Below, piece after piece: positions 29,539-38,767 of a DNA stretch of 64,000 nucleotides (the first letter of the stretch is position 1; the number at the start of each line of letters is the position of its first letter). Source of the stretch: a virus (Duplodnaviria > Heunggongvirae > Uroviricota > Caudoviricetes). The position numbers and the translations under genes were made by a program. The stretch is from the IMG/VR virus record IMGVR_UViG_3300047558_000092, one strand, 5' to 3'. The notes below the pieces were generated by a model, which was given only the letters and a program-made list of their open reading frames with translations, searched no databases and had not been told where the DNA came from.

Positions 29539-31269
29539 TTACTTGATATCGCTAACATTATCTTTCATCCACTGCTTAAGATTGTGCAATGTATGTGTAG
29601 TGTTATCGTAGTAGATAGAACCAGCTGGACCTGTCAAACCGCATACGCGATTCTTAGTTACACTGATTTCTGTGCTATTACGTGTTAGCTCGTCTTCAGC
29701 CATTTTATCTCGTTTCAACAAGATGTTGGCAGATGCAGATTTAATAATGGTACTTGAACCCATAATGTTTTGTTCGCTATCGGCTCCATTTTGACCCGCA
29801 GGTGTTTTACGCATGTGGTTAATGAATACGAACGTAACGCTATGACTTTTCATAAAGCCCTTAGCCCACTTCATGAACTCGGCTTGCTCTTCATTACCTA
29901 AACCATCTAAGATATCTTGTAATGGGTCTAAGACAATTACCTTAGCACCACAACCTACAACTAATTCTTCGATAGTGTCTTTAATGTCATCCACTGAACC
30001 ATCACGGTTATCTAGCAGATAGAAACGCGAGTTACCACTAGAGTCTAGCATCAAATCTTGAGCTTGTGCTTTAACCTTATCAGAGCGTAAGAATGCTAAC
30101 TTCTCTTCCTGTGACGGAATAAGAGCTAACTTCTTTTCGATATGACGAGATAAGAGTGCTTCACCATATTGACCTGCATCAAGTTCCATAGAAACAATGC
30201 CAATCATGTGAGGTGAATTGAAAATCCAGTAGTAAATCATTTCATTCACTAATGTGGTTTTACCGATACCAGTATCTGCAGCAATATTAATGATATGACC
30301 TAATGGCATACCACCAATAAATAAATCATTCAATTCACCCATAAAAGGTGGGAATGGAATTTTTGCTACTGACGACTGATTCAAGATACGGTCATACAAA
30401 CCACTAGAGGGTAACACACCAACTGGTACATAAGCCTTGGCATTGTAGAAGTCACTAATGAATGCTTTCTCTTCGCCCTTCTGCAAGTACTCATTGGCAT
30501 CCTTATAACGCATACTCATAATCTTGACCTTACCCTTAGGTAAAACCTTGACAATAGTTTCTACTGCATCTTGACCAGCTTTATCACTGTCATACGCTAC
30601 AATAATCTGTTCAAATGAATCAAAGAACTTATATTGTGCTGCAATTTGCTTGTGTGAATTAGCTCCCGTAGTCGGACTAACTACAGCAGTTTCATAGTCA
30701 CCCTTAGTCTTGTTGTAATCTGCGAACATTTGATATGCAGATAATGCATCAAGTTCACCTTCGGTAATGATTACGTAGCGACCACCACGATTGAACTTAA
30801 ATTGCATGAACAATTCGCAGTCAGCGCCAGTACGACCCTTAGAATAAAAATTCTTAGGGACTTCACGAATCTTATAGCCAACTAGCTCACCAGCTTGAGT
30901 ACATGTATATGCTTGCTCAATAACTTCACCAGTTTCCTCTGAGTATGAGTAACGCACATTAAACATCGTGTTAAATTCGTCACGAATACCTCTAAAGCCT
31001 TTACCCTTAGTAGAAGTCTCAGACTTAAATTCTTGTTGCTCTTCTTTTGTCAGAGCAGGTTTAGTGCTAGGTTTAACTTCCATATCTTCAACTTCCTTTA
31101 CTTTTTTAACTTTACCTTTGCGCTTCTTGGAGTCCAGATGGTCCTTGTAGTCTTCACTTAAAGATTTATCTTTACAGACCCAACAGTAATGGCTACCATC
31201 ATTGTAGATAGCCTTTCCATCCGAACTACCGCATTTATCGCAATTGACATGCTTAACGAATAATGCCAA
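29539..31269 (-). CDS. bifunctional primase-helicase (T7 gp4-like)
   Basis: 576 aa; N-terminal zinc ribbon CDKCGSSDG...CWVCKD, TOPRIM region, DnaB-family helicase Walker A (IAADTGIGKTT). Confidence 0.85.
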   Translation of the reverse strand: MALFVKHVNCDKCGSSDGKAIYNDGSHYCWVCKDKSLSEDYKDHLDSKKRKGKVKKVKEVEDMEVKPSTKPALTKEEQQEFKSETSTKGKGFRGIRDEFNTMFNVRYSYSEETGEVIEQAYTCTQAGELVGYKIREVPKNFYSKGRTGADCELFMQFKFNRGGRYVIITEGELDALSAYQMFADYNKTKGDYETAVVSPTTGANSHKQIAAQYKFFDSFEQIIVAYDSDKAGQDAVETIVKVLPKGKVKIMSMRYKDANEYLQKGEEKAFISDFYNAKAYVPVGVLPSSGLYDRILNQSSVAKIPFPPFMGELNDLFIGGMPLGHIINIAADTGIGKTTLVNEMIYYWIFNSPHMIGIVSMELDAGQYGEALLSRHIEKKLALIPSQEEKLAFLRSDKVKAQAQDLMLDSSGNSRFYLLDNRDGSVDDIKDTIEELVVGCGAKVIVLDPLQDILDGLGNEEQAEFMKWAKGFMKSHSVTFVFINHMRKTPAGQNGADSEQNIMGSSTIIKSASANILLKRDKMAEDELTRNSTEISVTKNRVCGLTGPAGSIYYDNTTHTLHNLKQWMKDNVSDIK

Positions 31270-32325
31270 TCATTCACCACCTTTCAATAACCATTTGTTA
31301 CTAATAGCTTTGAAACTTAAGTCATGTACGGTATTTGATTTGAACACAACACCTTCACGTTCTGAACCATTGAGCTGCGACTTACCCTCAGCAAAATCAA
31401 TAATGCTTTGGATAGTTTGTTGCTTAATATCGGTGTTAGATACGATGATAGGTACGTGCTTTAAACCTAAACGCTTACATGCAGATTCAAGCTGAATTGG
31501 CAAGATATACTCGCCAGTACTTGTATTGTACATGTCGTAAACGTAAAAGTCAAGCCTTGTCTTGTACTGATTGCCTTGAATACCTTCACCAATCATTTCA
31601 CCTTGAATTGCCATACCAGACAAACTATGGCGGCGCATAATACCTTCGATATCTAACTGCAAGGCTAACTGCCAGAAAGTGTTACCTTCAGTTTGCTTTA
31701 GGTCTAGGTTACGACTGCATACGTGGAATTCACCAAACAAGTCAAGATAAAACGTGCAAGAGGAACCGTCAAGCTTTTCAGTGATTGACCATGTATCTTC
31801 TTGCAGCTTCTCGAAGTTACGAGTAAGGTTTTGAATACGGGCTTGGTCAGTCTTAGGTACTAACGCAGGGAAATTGCCTCGTGCCATACCTGCAAGTTGA
31901 GCATTCATAGGGCGCTCCCACTTTTTAATGCCCAAGGCTTCTGTTACATCATCACCTTCACGAACTGTTAGTGAATATTCACCAACCTCATCGTTGTATA
32001 GCATCAAGTATGTGCCAGTGATATCGTTATGTACTGGTAACAGTAAACCCTGTGAAATTTGACCACGTAATTTTACAGTACGTAGGCGCTCACCTTTAAC
32101 ACCTTCATACTCACGAGGCTCTTTACCTTTAGATAAGAATGGTGCTAATTCTGTTGGAACCCACGAATCCAATTCGAAGTATACGGCTAATTGGTCTATA
32201 GCGAACTCACCCTTCTTAACTACTACTTTCCAACCATCGATAACAGCTACTTCGATTGCATCTGCACCTTCAATAGGCTCTAATGCTGCGATTTTACGGA
32301 TGGTTGCTAATTGACGTTCTGACAT
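31270..32325 (-). CDS. ATP-dependent RNA ligase with N-terminal OB (tRNA-binding-like) domain (Rnl5/DraRnl-like)
   Basis: start set at MSERQLATIRK (AAGGAG 7 nt upstream); N-terminal EMAP/Trbp111-like OB motif (VKLRGQISQGLLL); nucleotidyltransferase motif I EKLDGSS. Confidence 0.55.
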   Translation of the reverse strand: MSERQLATIRKIAALEPIEGADAIEVAVIDGWKVVVKKGEFAIDQLAVYFELDSWVPTELAPFLSKGKEPREYEGVKGERLRTVKLRGQISQGLLLPVHNDITGTYLMLYNDEVGEYSLTVREGDDVTEALGIKKWERPMNAQLAGMARGNFPALVPKTDQARIQNLTRNFEKLQEDTWSITEKLDGSSCTFYLDLFGEFHVCSRNLDLKQTEGNTFWQLALQLDIEGIMRRHSLSGMAIQGEMIGEGIQGNQYKTRLDFYVYDMYNTSTGEYILPIQLESACKRLGLKHVPIIVSNTDIKQQTIQSIIDFAEGKSQLNGSEREGVVFKSNTVHDLSFKAISNKWLLKGGE

Positions 32326-32335
32326 ATTTACTCCT

Positions 32336-32791
32336 TTACGATTTTCTTTTCCATCTTCCATTTTCATCACGCACTACATCTTTCATTACGTATGCACGAT
32401 GTTCAGCATTGGACATTCTTTTGCTATTAGCTATATCCATCTTTTGACGATGCTCTGGTGTGATTATACCTTGTCTATTTTTCTTTACCATATCGAGTGC
32501 ATTCTCCTGTACAGTACCCCAAAATAAATGTTCTGGCTCAACACAGTTTGGATTATCGCACGTATGGCATGCCAAATGTTTATCACTAGGTCTAGGTCTG
32601 CCAGATTTCTCCAACATGACTCTAGACACACGCTTTTGTTTAGAGTTTTCATCTCTAATAACTGGATATCTACCTCTACCAGCTTTAGCCCCTTGCCATT
32701 CTAAACAACCATCCGAAGTTCTAATACAACTTTTTAACGCAGTCTCAAGTCTTTGTTCAAAAGTAATATCTGAGTATTGATTTCTAATCAT
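32336..32791 (-). CDS. HNH homing endonuclease
   Basis: 151 aa; CLEWQG...H-x-CDNPNCVEPEHLFWGT...N HNH signature; inserted between the RNA ligase and DNA ligase genes. Confidence 0.7.
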   Translation of the reverse strand: MIRNQYSDITFEQRLETALKSCIRTSDGCLEWQGAKAGRGRYPVIRDENSKQKRVSRVMLEKSGRPRPSDKHLACHTCDNPNCVEPEHLFWGTVQENALDMVKKNRQGIITPEHRQKMDIANSKRMSNAEHRAYVMKDVVRDENGRWKRKS

Positions 32792-33690
32792 AAGTCGTCT
32801 GGGTGTCTAATAGCAATAAAAATAGGAAATCTCGGAACTGAATAACCAGTACCTACATCAAAATACTTGACCTTTGCAAGCTGACCTGCTAATGTATCAC
32901 GAATCGCCCATAGCTCTGCACGTAGAGCGTCAGTGAATCCACTGCCACAACCGAATTCTAAGCCCTCAGAGGTACGTAGAAGGAGTGTTCCCATAGTGTC
33001 TAGAGCTACCATACCATCCTTAGCTGTAGAGCGTTCTGTGCGTCCTAGTTCATTAGTCTTTGCTTCATTGGTATTGTGGTACTTCGGTTCCCAACCAATG
33101 ATTTCAAATTCCTTGTCTACGAAACGCTTAACCTTCTGTAGTTCTGGATTCTTTGTACCAGAGCGACCACATTTATATTTAGCTTGTGCATCACGTAACA
33201 TAACACCTTCAGCACCTAAATCTAAGAAATAGGCTTCAGCTGCATCAATATCTTCATCACTAGCCATGAATGAGTGCTTAAGCAATTGGGCACGTTGTGG
33301 AAAACGTCCACGGTCATGCATATCTTGCAACTGATTGTAACGGTCCAACCATACCTTATCTGGATGGTAGTAGTCGAACACCCACAATGTGAAGTCAGGT
33401 TCACCTTCAATACGCATAACACCAGAAGTTGATTGTGTGAATACATCTGGTGCATTCTTGTCACCGACAATAATTTCACAATCCATACCTTCGAGTACTG
33501 TAGCATGGTGCGCTACATAGGCTTGAATTGATAGGTTAGGAATCTTTTTAAGACTGCGGCTGTACGCAACACCACCGAAGATTACACAACGGATACCGTC
33601 AAGCTTTTCGCTTAAGTAACGCAATGTAGGTTGTGTCTTAACCTTAGTTTGCTCAATTGCCAATGATGGCTTAAAACCTGCTGGAATCAT
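32788..33690 (-). CDS. ATP-dependent DNA ligase (minimal type)
   Basis: 300 aa; motif I EKLDGIRCV (KxDGxR), further nucleotidyltransferase motifs, small OB domain. Confidence 0.75.
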   Translation of the reverse strand: MIPAGFKPSLAIEQTKVKTQPTLRYLSEKLDGIRCVIFGGVAYSRSLKKIPNLSIQAYVAHHATVLEGMDCEIIVGDKNAPDVFTQSTSGVMRIEGEPDFTLWVFDYYHPDKVWLDRYNQLQDMHDRGRFPQRAQLLKHSFMASDEDIDAAEAYFLDLGAEGVMLRDAQAKYKCGRSGTKNPELQKVKRFVDKEFEIIGWEPKYHNTNEAKTNELGRTERSTAKDGMVALDTMGTLLLRTSEGLEFGCGSGFTDALRAELWAIRDTLAGQLAKVKYFDVGTGYSVPRFPIFIAIRHPDDL

Positions 33691-33872
33691 CGTGGACCTA
33701 CTTTCAATATGCGGTAACGTTTGTTACCAAGTTTCAAATACAAACCTGCGTAATAGAAAATCTTTGGGCTATGCCAAATTAGTTTAGGTAATGTCATCGC
33801 ATCACCACCGAGAGAATCATGTTGATACCCATGATAACTTGTTGTTGCTCTTGTGGATGCAACTGATGCCAT
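33687..33872 (-). CDS. hypothetical protein
   Basis: 61 aa ORF with start overlapping upstream stop. Confidence 0.3.
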   Translation of the reverse strand: MASVASTRATTSYHGYQHDSLGGDAMTLPKLIWHSPKIFYYAGLYLKLGNKRYRILKVGPR

Positions 33873-33927
33873 TGGCGGTTATCACCAAACTTAGCAGACA
33901 TTGCAATCCAAAACTTTTCTACGTCAC

Positions 33928-34536
33928 TCATTTTGATTCTCCTACTTTTACACCTGCGTTAAAACATTGTTCGAGTATATCACACAATTTGGCAAATTTT
34001 TCATCATCGTTTTGAGCATATACAAAAAGAAGTTCAGAGGCTAAAGGAAAACCTTCACGCATTGTAGACTTCGCAGTAAAGAACCACTTGTTGAAGTCCG
34101 ATTCTGTTACCACCTCTTGAAAAGCTTTATCAACATCGCTGAATTCTAGCATTCTGTAGTCCAATTCGTCAGAGAAAAGTTGTTCCATATATGTGCCGTG
34201 GATATGATGTTGAGTATCCAGTATAGCACGAATATGGTCAGTATCCATGTTGCACAAACGAATAATTTTACCGTCTGGAAATTCACCATCTTTACCATAG
34301 GTTTTCCATGTAACTACTTGGCGTTTTTGGTAATGTGGGTCTTTCATAGTTAATGTCAACTCTTCAGCTGGCACTTTGTTTACACTACGGCGCATGTAAT
34401 CATTACCACCATCATTGACGTACCATTCACCAGAGACTGTATCGAAGTGCTCTAAGTAATCATGACGGTGGCGACTGTGCAAGATAGTACCATCTGGTGT
34501 ACGAATGGCGTTAAAAACGATTTTATTTTCATCCAT
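33928..34536 (-). CDS. hypothetical protein
   Basis: 202 aa ORF, His-rich N-terminal region. Confidence 0.45.
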   Translation of the reverse strand: MDENKIVFNAIRTPDGTILHSRHRHDYLEHFDTVSGEWYVNDGGNDYMRRSVNKVPAEELTLTMKDPHYQKRQVVTWKTYGKDGEFPDGKIIRLCNMDTDHIRAILDTQHHIHGTYMEQLFSDELDYRMLEFSDVDKAFQEVVTESDFNKWFFTAKSTMREGFPLASELLFVYAQNDDEKFAKLCDILEQCFNAGVKVGESK

Positions 34537-34544
34537 GTCAGTCC

Positions 34545-35342
34545 TTACTTTACGTTGACCATACCTTTGAAATCCATAGGGACAACAATGGTGTTTACTT
34601 TACCTTCACGAATACCTTCTGCGATTTTCATTTGTGCTTGAGCATTCATGTAAGCGATGGATTGACCAGAGTTAGAAGACAATGCAGCCATACGTTCTGA
34701 TTCTTTCTTAGCGATTTCAACTTCAGTTTGTTTAATCTTCAGCTCGTTTTGAGCGCGAACATAATCCGTAGCTGACTTCAAGATTTCAGCATTAGGTAAG
34801 ATATTACGGATTTGTACTACTGTGACATTCACTGATGTATCCAATTTCTCAGCCTTCAGTGTCTCAGAGACTACTGCCAAGATTTCATCTTCCATTTTCT
34901 TACGGTTATCCGCAGCTTCAAGTGATTTGTATCCTCGCACAACCTTATACGCTGCATTATTAACCACTGTCGTCATGTAGTTCTGCATCAAATAGATATC
35001 ACCTTTGTATTCAATGTGAAAACTTTTAGACTTAGTGCTATACAATTCAGCTGCAGCCGAAGGGTTAATAGCATAAACTACCGTGATATCAAAATCTTGT
35101 AATGGGCTATTATCAGAAGTCATTGGTGTTTTGTTATCGATAGCTACTACGATATCTTTAACTGGAAAGGTCAAGATTGAACCAACCATAGTTTGATAGA
35201 AACCACCAGCAGGTAGTTCATTGCCTTCGATTTGCTTAGATGCGTTAATACGCACACCAACCTCGCCAGTTTCAATACGAGTACAACCCGTAGTTAGAAA
35301 AACAAGTGCAAGTGAAAGGATGATTGCCTTCAAAAATTTCAT
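34545..35342 (-). CDS. SPFH/band-7 (prohibitin/HflC-like) domain lipoprotein
   Basis: start moved to MKFLKAIILSLALVFLTTGC (AAGGAG 7 nt upstream); lipobox LTTGC; SPFH core and C-terminal coiled coil. Confidence 0.65.
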   Translation of the reverse strand: MKFLKAIILSLALVFLTTGCTRIETGEVGVRINASKQIEGNELPAGGFYQTMVGSILTFPVKDIVVAIDNKTPMTSDNSPLQDFDITVVYAINPSAAAELYSTKSKSFHIEYKGDIYLMQNYMTTVVNNAAYKVVRGYKSLEAADNRKKMEDEILAVVSETLKAEKLDTSVNVTVVQIRNILPNAEILKSATDYVRAQNELKIKQTEVEIAKKESERMAALSSNSGQSIAYMNAQAQMKIAEGIREGKVNTIVVPMDFKGMVNVK

Positions 35343-35353
35343 AATAAACTCCT

Positions 35354-35530
35354 TTAGAAAATGTTCACAATTAAGAACAATGAAAATGCGGCAAGTGCTG
35401 CACAAGTGATAATGTAGCATGAAAATCGGATGAGTTTCAATACCTGACTAAACTCTGTGGCTTTTACCCATTGGATGATGCCCACAATAGCAATAGTAAA
35501 CAGTAACCAGATTGCGATAATTTTAATCAT
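35354..35530 (-). CDS. small membrane protein
   Basis: start moved to MIKIIAIWLLF...; two TM helices; the longer track ORF overlaps the upstream gene. Confidence 0.3.
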   Translation of the reverse strand: MIKIIAIWLLFTIAIVGIIQWVKATEFSQVLKLIRFSCYIITCAALAAFSLFLIVNIF

Positions 35531-35822
35531 GGCGGTCAAACGTAGGTGCAAAAGTTGCACGAATTTCTGGTGTAATTTGTTTATAAATAGTATTACGAGT
35601 TTCAAAACCACCATCAAACTTACGTAGTACTGTACTTGTCCGTACATCTCTGCACAAGCCTAGGTTTGGGTGATTTAGTACAAAATCTAAACTTGCAACT
35701 TCGTCTTTACCATTGAACCAAATCCAAAAATGCGGTTCACCTTCGTAGTAAACTTCTGGCTTATTTTTACTACCGTCTGTAACTCCAGTAGCTACAGCTT
35801 GTTGTCCGTATGGGTCGTTCAT
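35523..35822 (-). CDS. hypothetical protein (first gene of the minus-strand block)
   Basis: 99 aa ORF downstream of the divergent promoter region. Confidence 0.4.
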   Translation of the reverse strand: MNDPYGQQAVATGVTDGSKNKPEVYYEGEPHFWIWFNGKDEVASLDFVLNHPNLGLCRDVRTSTVLRKFDGGFETRNTIYKQITPEIRATFAPTFDRHD

Positions 35823-35912
35823 AGTGTTCTCCTTGTAACATTGAAAACTGCACTATAACATAGTTCATGTTAGAACGCAAGCACAATGTTAGAAATATTT
35901 TCATAAAAGGTG

Positions 35913-35941
35913 TTGCAAATGGATAAAAGATGTGATACTAT
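35913..35941 (+). promoter_or_regulatory. sigma70-type promoter for the plus-strand early block
   Basis: TTGCAA, 17 nt, TACTAT about 30 nt upstream of the AAGGAG / ATG of the first early gene, in a divergent intergenic region. Confidence 0.5.
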
Positions 35942-35972
35942 AGAGCCTTCAATAACTTAAAGGAGTCTTTAA

Positions 35973-36422
35973 ATGCAAATGAAATCTGAATTCGATAGCT
36001 TGGTTGAACGTATGGGTCTTGATGAAGATGAACGTAATTTAGCTGAAATCTTCTGGAAACGTGCTGAAAAAGCTGTGCAAGGTAAACCTATTCAAGAAGC
36101 TTTCCTTTTAGGCGGTGAGCCAGTAAATTTCGAAGTACGTAACACCGTTATCCTGCACAATATCGAAACCTTAAGCAACGAAGAAATTGATTTTATGGTT
36201 CAAATGAATCGTGGTGCGCTAACCGCATTGGAAGAGATTAAGAAGCTTATCAATCAATCAATTCAAAGTGAATGGGTACAGTGTGACCCTGAAAATCCTG
36301 CTACACTTGATTCCTTCCAAGCACTGAACGAGTACAAAAAACTGAAGCGCAAGATTAAGCGTCAATCTAATACACTCGCAGGTATTCAACGTAAACTCAA
36401 GAAAGCTAAGGGCACTCTCTAA
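35973..36422 (+). CDS. hypothetical protein
   Basis: 149 aa, strong RBS, helical, basic C-terminus. Confidence 0.5.
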   Translation: MQMKSEFDSLVERMGLDEDERNLAEIFWKRAEKAVQGKPIQEAFLLGGEPVNFEVRNTVILHNIETLSNEEIDFMVQMNRGALTALEEIKKLINQSIQSEWVQCDPENPATLDSFQALNEYKKLKRKIKRQSNTLAGIQRKLKKAKGTL

Positions 36423-36769
36423 TGTCGAGTAGAAAACGCTACACTATCGTAGCTACATGTTTTGACCGCAAAGGTAAGGTACTAGGAACTGGTACTAACA
36501 ACTATAATAAGTCTCACCCGCTTATGCAGCACTTCGCAGTCAAAGCTGGAGAATCAGACGAAAAGATTTACCAACATGCAGAGTTATCCGCTGTGCTACA
36601 ATCTGGACGTAAAGATATCCACAGCATTCTAGTGCAGCGTTTTCATGATAATGGTGATATGGCTATTGCCAAGCCTTGTCCAACTTGTCAAGCAATGCTG
36701 AAAGGTTTTGGTGTTCGCTTTGTTCGTTATACTTCAGAGAATGGTGTACAAGAATATGAAAATACTTAA
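36422..36769 (+). CDS. small cytidine/deoxycytidylate deaminase-fold protein
   Basis: 115 aa; zinc motifs HAE (YQHAELSAV) and PCxxC (KPCPTCQAM). Confidence 0.5.
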   Translation: MSSRKRYTIVATCFDRKGKVLGTGTNNYNKSHPLMQHFAVKAGESDEKIYQHAELSAVLQSGRKDIHSILVQRFHDNGDMAIAKPCPTCQAMLKGFGVRFVRYTSENGVQEYENT

Positions 36770-37304
36770 TATTTCTGACATTTTTTATTATGATGAAACT
36801 AGTCCTAGCTGTTTGCGTTGGAATATTTCTCCCTCTAAATTAATACAAATTGGCTCAGTCGCGGGTACAATTAATATCAGTGGAGATATCGAAAGATATC
36901 GAGTTATGTATAAAGGCAGCTTTTATCAAGTGGCTAGAGTTATATTCAAAATATTTAACCCTAGTATGGATGAAGAACTTTATGTGGACCACTACGATGG
37001 TAATACCTTAAACAACAGAATAGGGAATTTACGACTAACTGATGTTAAAGGTAATGGTCAGAACCGTAAGAAAAACTACAATAATTTGTCAGGAGTCACT
37101 GGTGTATATTTTCATACTAAAAGTAACTCTTGGAGGGCAGCTTGGAAAGAAGATTCGAAAACAATTCAAAAGTCTTTTTCGTGCAACAAATATCTTAATG
37201 CTTTCGAGATGGCTTGTGCATATCGAAAAAATATACTAGAATTGTTAAATAATAATGGTTGTAATTATACAGAAAGGCATGGTAAAGAATATGAAGTTTT
37301 ATAA
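36756..37304 (+). CDS. HNH homing endonuclease with AP2-like DNA-binding domain
   Basis: start set at MKILNISDIFYYDETS...; VDHYDGNTLNNRIGNLR HNH core; C-terminal AP2-like SGVTGVYFHTKSNSWRAAW; paralog of 39911..40492. Confidence 0.7.
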   Translation: MKILNISDIFYYDETSPSCLRWNISPSKLIQIGSVAGTINISGDIERYRVMYKGSFYQVARVIFKIFNPSMDEELYVDHYDGNTLNNRIGNLRLTDVKGNGQNRKKNYNNLSGVTGVYFHTKSNSWRAAWKEDSKTIQKSFSCNKYLNAFEMACAYRKNILELLNNNGCNYTERHGKEYEVL

Positions 37305-37560
37305 TCCGTTTAAAGCTCACATTGTAGAGTTTGCTGATGGTACTTTCGCTGTACGTAAGCGAGGTTGGTGTGGTTTACTGTGGGTATATAAGGACCGCAA
37401 TGCGTGGTTGGGTGGATTCTTTGAAGATATCATGTGGTGGACTATTGACTATATTGACCATTCTAAAGTTAGCACTTTTGAAAGAGCTGTAGAAGTTATG
37501 GAGAAACAACCTCCAGATAAATTAACACCTAAGACTATTGTAAAGGTGTATCATGGCTAG
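37255..37560 (+). CDS. hypothetical protein
   Basis: 101 aa ORF, Trp-rich. Confidence 0.4.
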   Translation: MVVIIQKGMVKNMKFYNPFKAHIVEFADGTFAVRKRGWCGLLWVYKDRNAWLGGFFEDIMWWTIDYIDHSKVSTFERAVEVMEKQPPDKLTPKTIVKVYHG

Positions 37561-38005
37561 TCAAAAAGAACTTGATAGTGTTTACATGCAGACAGCTCTA
37601 ACTCATGCAATGCTCTCAAAAGCTATTAGAGCGCAGGTAGGAGCTGTTTTAGTTACTAGTCATGGGGTAACCCTCACTGGTTACAATGGTACTGCTAAAG
37701 GGCGTGATAATTGCTGTGAAGTTCTGAAACCACAACCATTTCCACACGAACCTGCTTTGGAGACTAAATCAGAAGTTATCCATGCAGAATTGAACTGTAT
37801 CTTGAAAGCTGCCAGAGAAGGTGTGAGTTGTATTGATTCAACGGTATACGTAACGCTTGCACCTTGTGTACAGTGCGCTGCTATGATGGTTCAAGCTGGC
37901 GTAAGACGTTTAGTTTATAAGACACCTTACCGCGATACCTCTGGCTTAAACTTGCTAGAAGGTTCTGGTGTAAGAATCCAACAGTACAGTGAGACACAAC
38001 TATGA
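37553..38005 (+). CDS. dCMP deaminase
   Basis: 150 aa; HAELNCIL and PCVQCAAMM zinc motifs with typical dCMP deaminase spacing. Confidence 0.75.
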   Translation: MASQKELDSVYMQTALTHAMLSKAIRAQVGAVLVTSHGVTLTGYNGTAKGRDNCCEVLKPQPFPHEPALETKSEVIHAELNCILKAAREGVSCIDSTVYVTLAPCVQCAAMMVQAGVRRLVYKTPYRDTSGLNLLEGSGVRIQQYSETQL

Positions 38006-38211
38006 TTAAATGGCTAGGCACAATAACCTATCTAATTGGTATGGTATTAACTGCATTCAATATTTTTCCATTAAACTTAATCTTCAGTGCAATAGGTGGT
38101 ACACTTTGGTGTATCGCTGGCTTTATTGCTAAAGACAAACCCCTAATCTTGGTTGAAATGGCTTCTGCTATGATATACTTGATTGGACTAATCCATTGGA
38201 GTATTAAATGA
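38002..38211 (+). CDS. small membrane protein
   Basis: 69 aa, two TM helices. Confidence 0.4.
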   Translation: MIKWLGTITYLIGMVLTAFNIFPLNLIFSAIGGTLWCIAGFIAKDKPLILVEMASAMIYLIGLIHWSIK

Positions 38212-38390
38212 CTGATAAATTTAGTGAAGTTTTGGAACTCTACTTGCAAGAACGTGACCGACAAAATAGTGACTACTATGAGGGTCGATTTTTAGGTGAT
38301 AGTGTAGCGGGTAGGTACTATATGGAAGATTTAGCTAAACAACTAGATGATATGGTTCAAAAGGTAACTGAACATGAACAAACGAATTAA
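38208..38390 (+). CDS. hypothetical protein
   Basis: 60 aa ORF in a coupled series. Confidence 0.35.
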   Translation: MTDKFSEVLELYLQERDRQNSDYYEGRFLGDSVAGRYYMEDLAKQLDDMVQKVTEHEQTN

Positions 38391-38604
38391 AGAACTAATG
38401 GCAGAAGCTGACCGTAGATGTAGTGAAACGCGCGGTATTTATGATGAAATCCTCGCCGAGTTAATTGTGAAGGACTCTATATGTCAAATTGAAAAACAAG
38501 CATATGGTCTAACATCTACTGAGTGGGACCAAGGTTTTCTTGCTGGACTGAGAACAGCTCAAGCAGTATTGAAGAATTTTGGAGTTGAATATGCAGGGTC
38601 ATAA
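38374..38604 (+). CDS. hypothetical protein
   Basis: 76 aa ORF. Confidence 0.35.
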   Translation: MNKRIKELMAEADRRCSETRGIYDEILAELIVKDSICQIEKQAYGLTSTEWDQGFLAGLRTAQAVLKNFGVEYAGS

Positions 38605-38767
38605 CTTCAACCGTACATTAAATGCTAAGGGCATGTTCGTTTACTGTGGAAAGTGCGGTCTAATACGCTTAGGTAATCGAGCAACCGAAAAAGCTATCAA
38701 TAAGCCTTGTACTGGTGTACGAGACTTGGATGATGAACAATACTTAAAACTGAAAGGTAAGAAATGA
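38579..38767 (+). CDS. hypothetical protein (Cys-x2-Cys containing)
   Basis: 62 aa ORF. Confidence 0.35.
   Translation: MELNMQGHNFNRTLNAKGMFVYCGKCGLIRLGNRATEKAINKPCTGVRDLDDEQYLKLKGKK

Noticed and set aside
34545-35420. Longest-ORF start of the SPFH gene at 35420 (MLHYHLCSTCRIF...)
   Set aside because: The internal ATG at 35342 has an AAGGAG RBS 7 nt upstream and starts a canonical lipoprotein signal peptide; the 26 upstream codons have no RBS.
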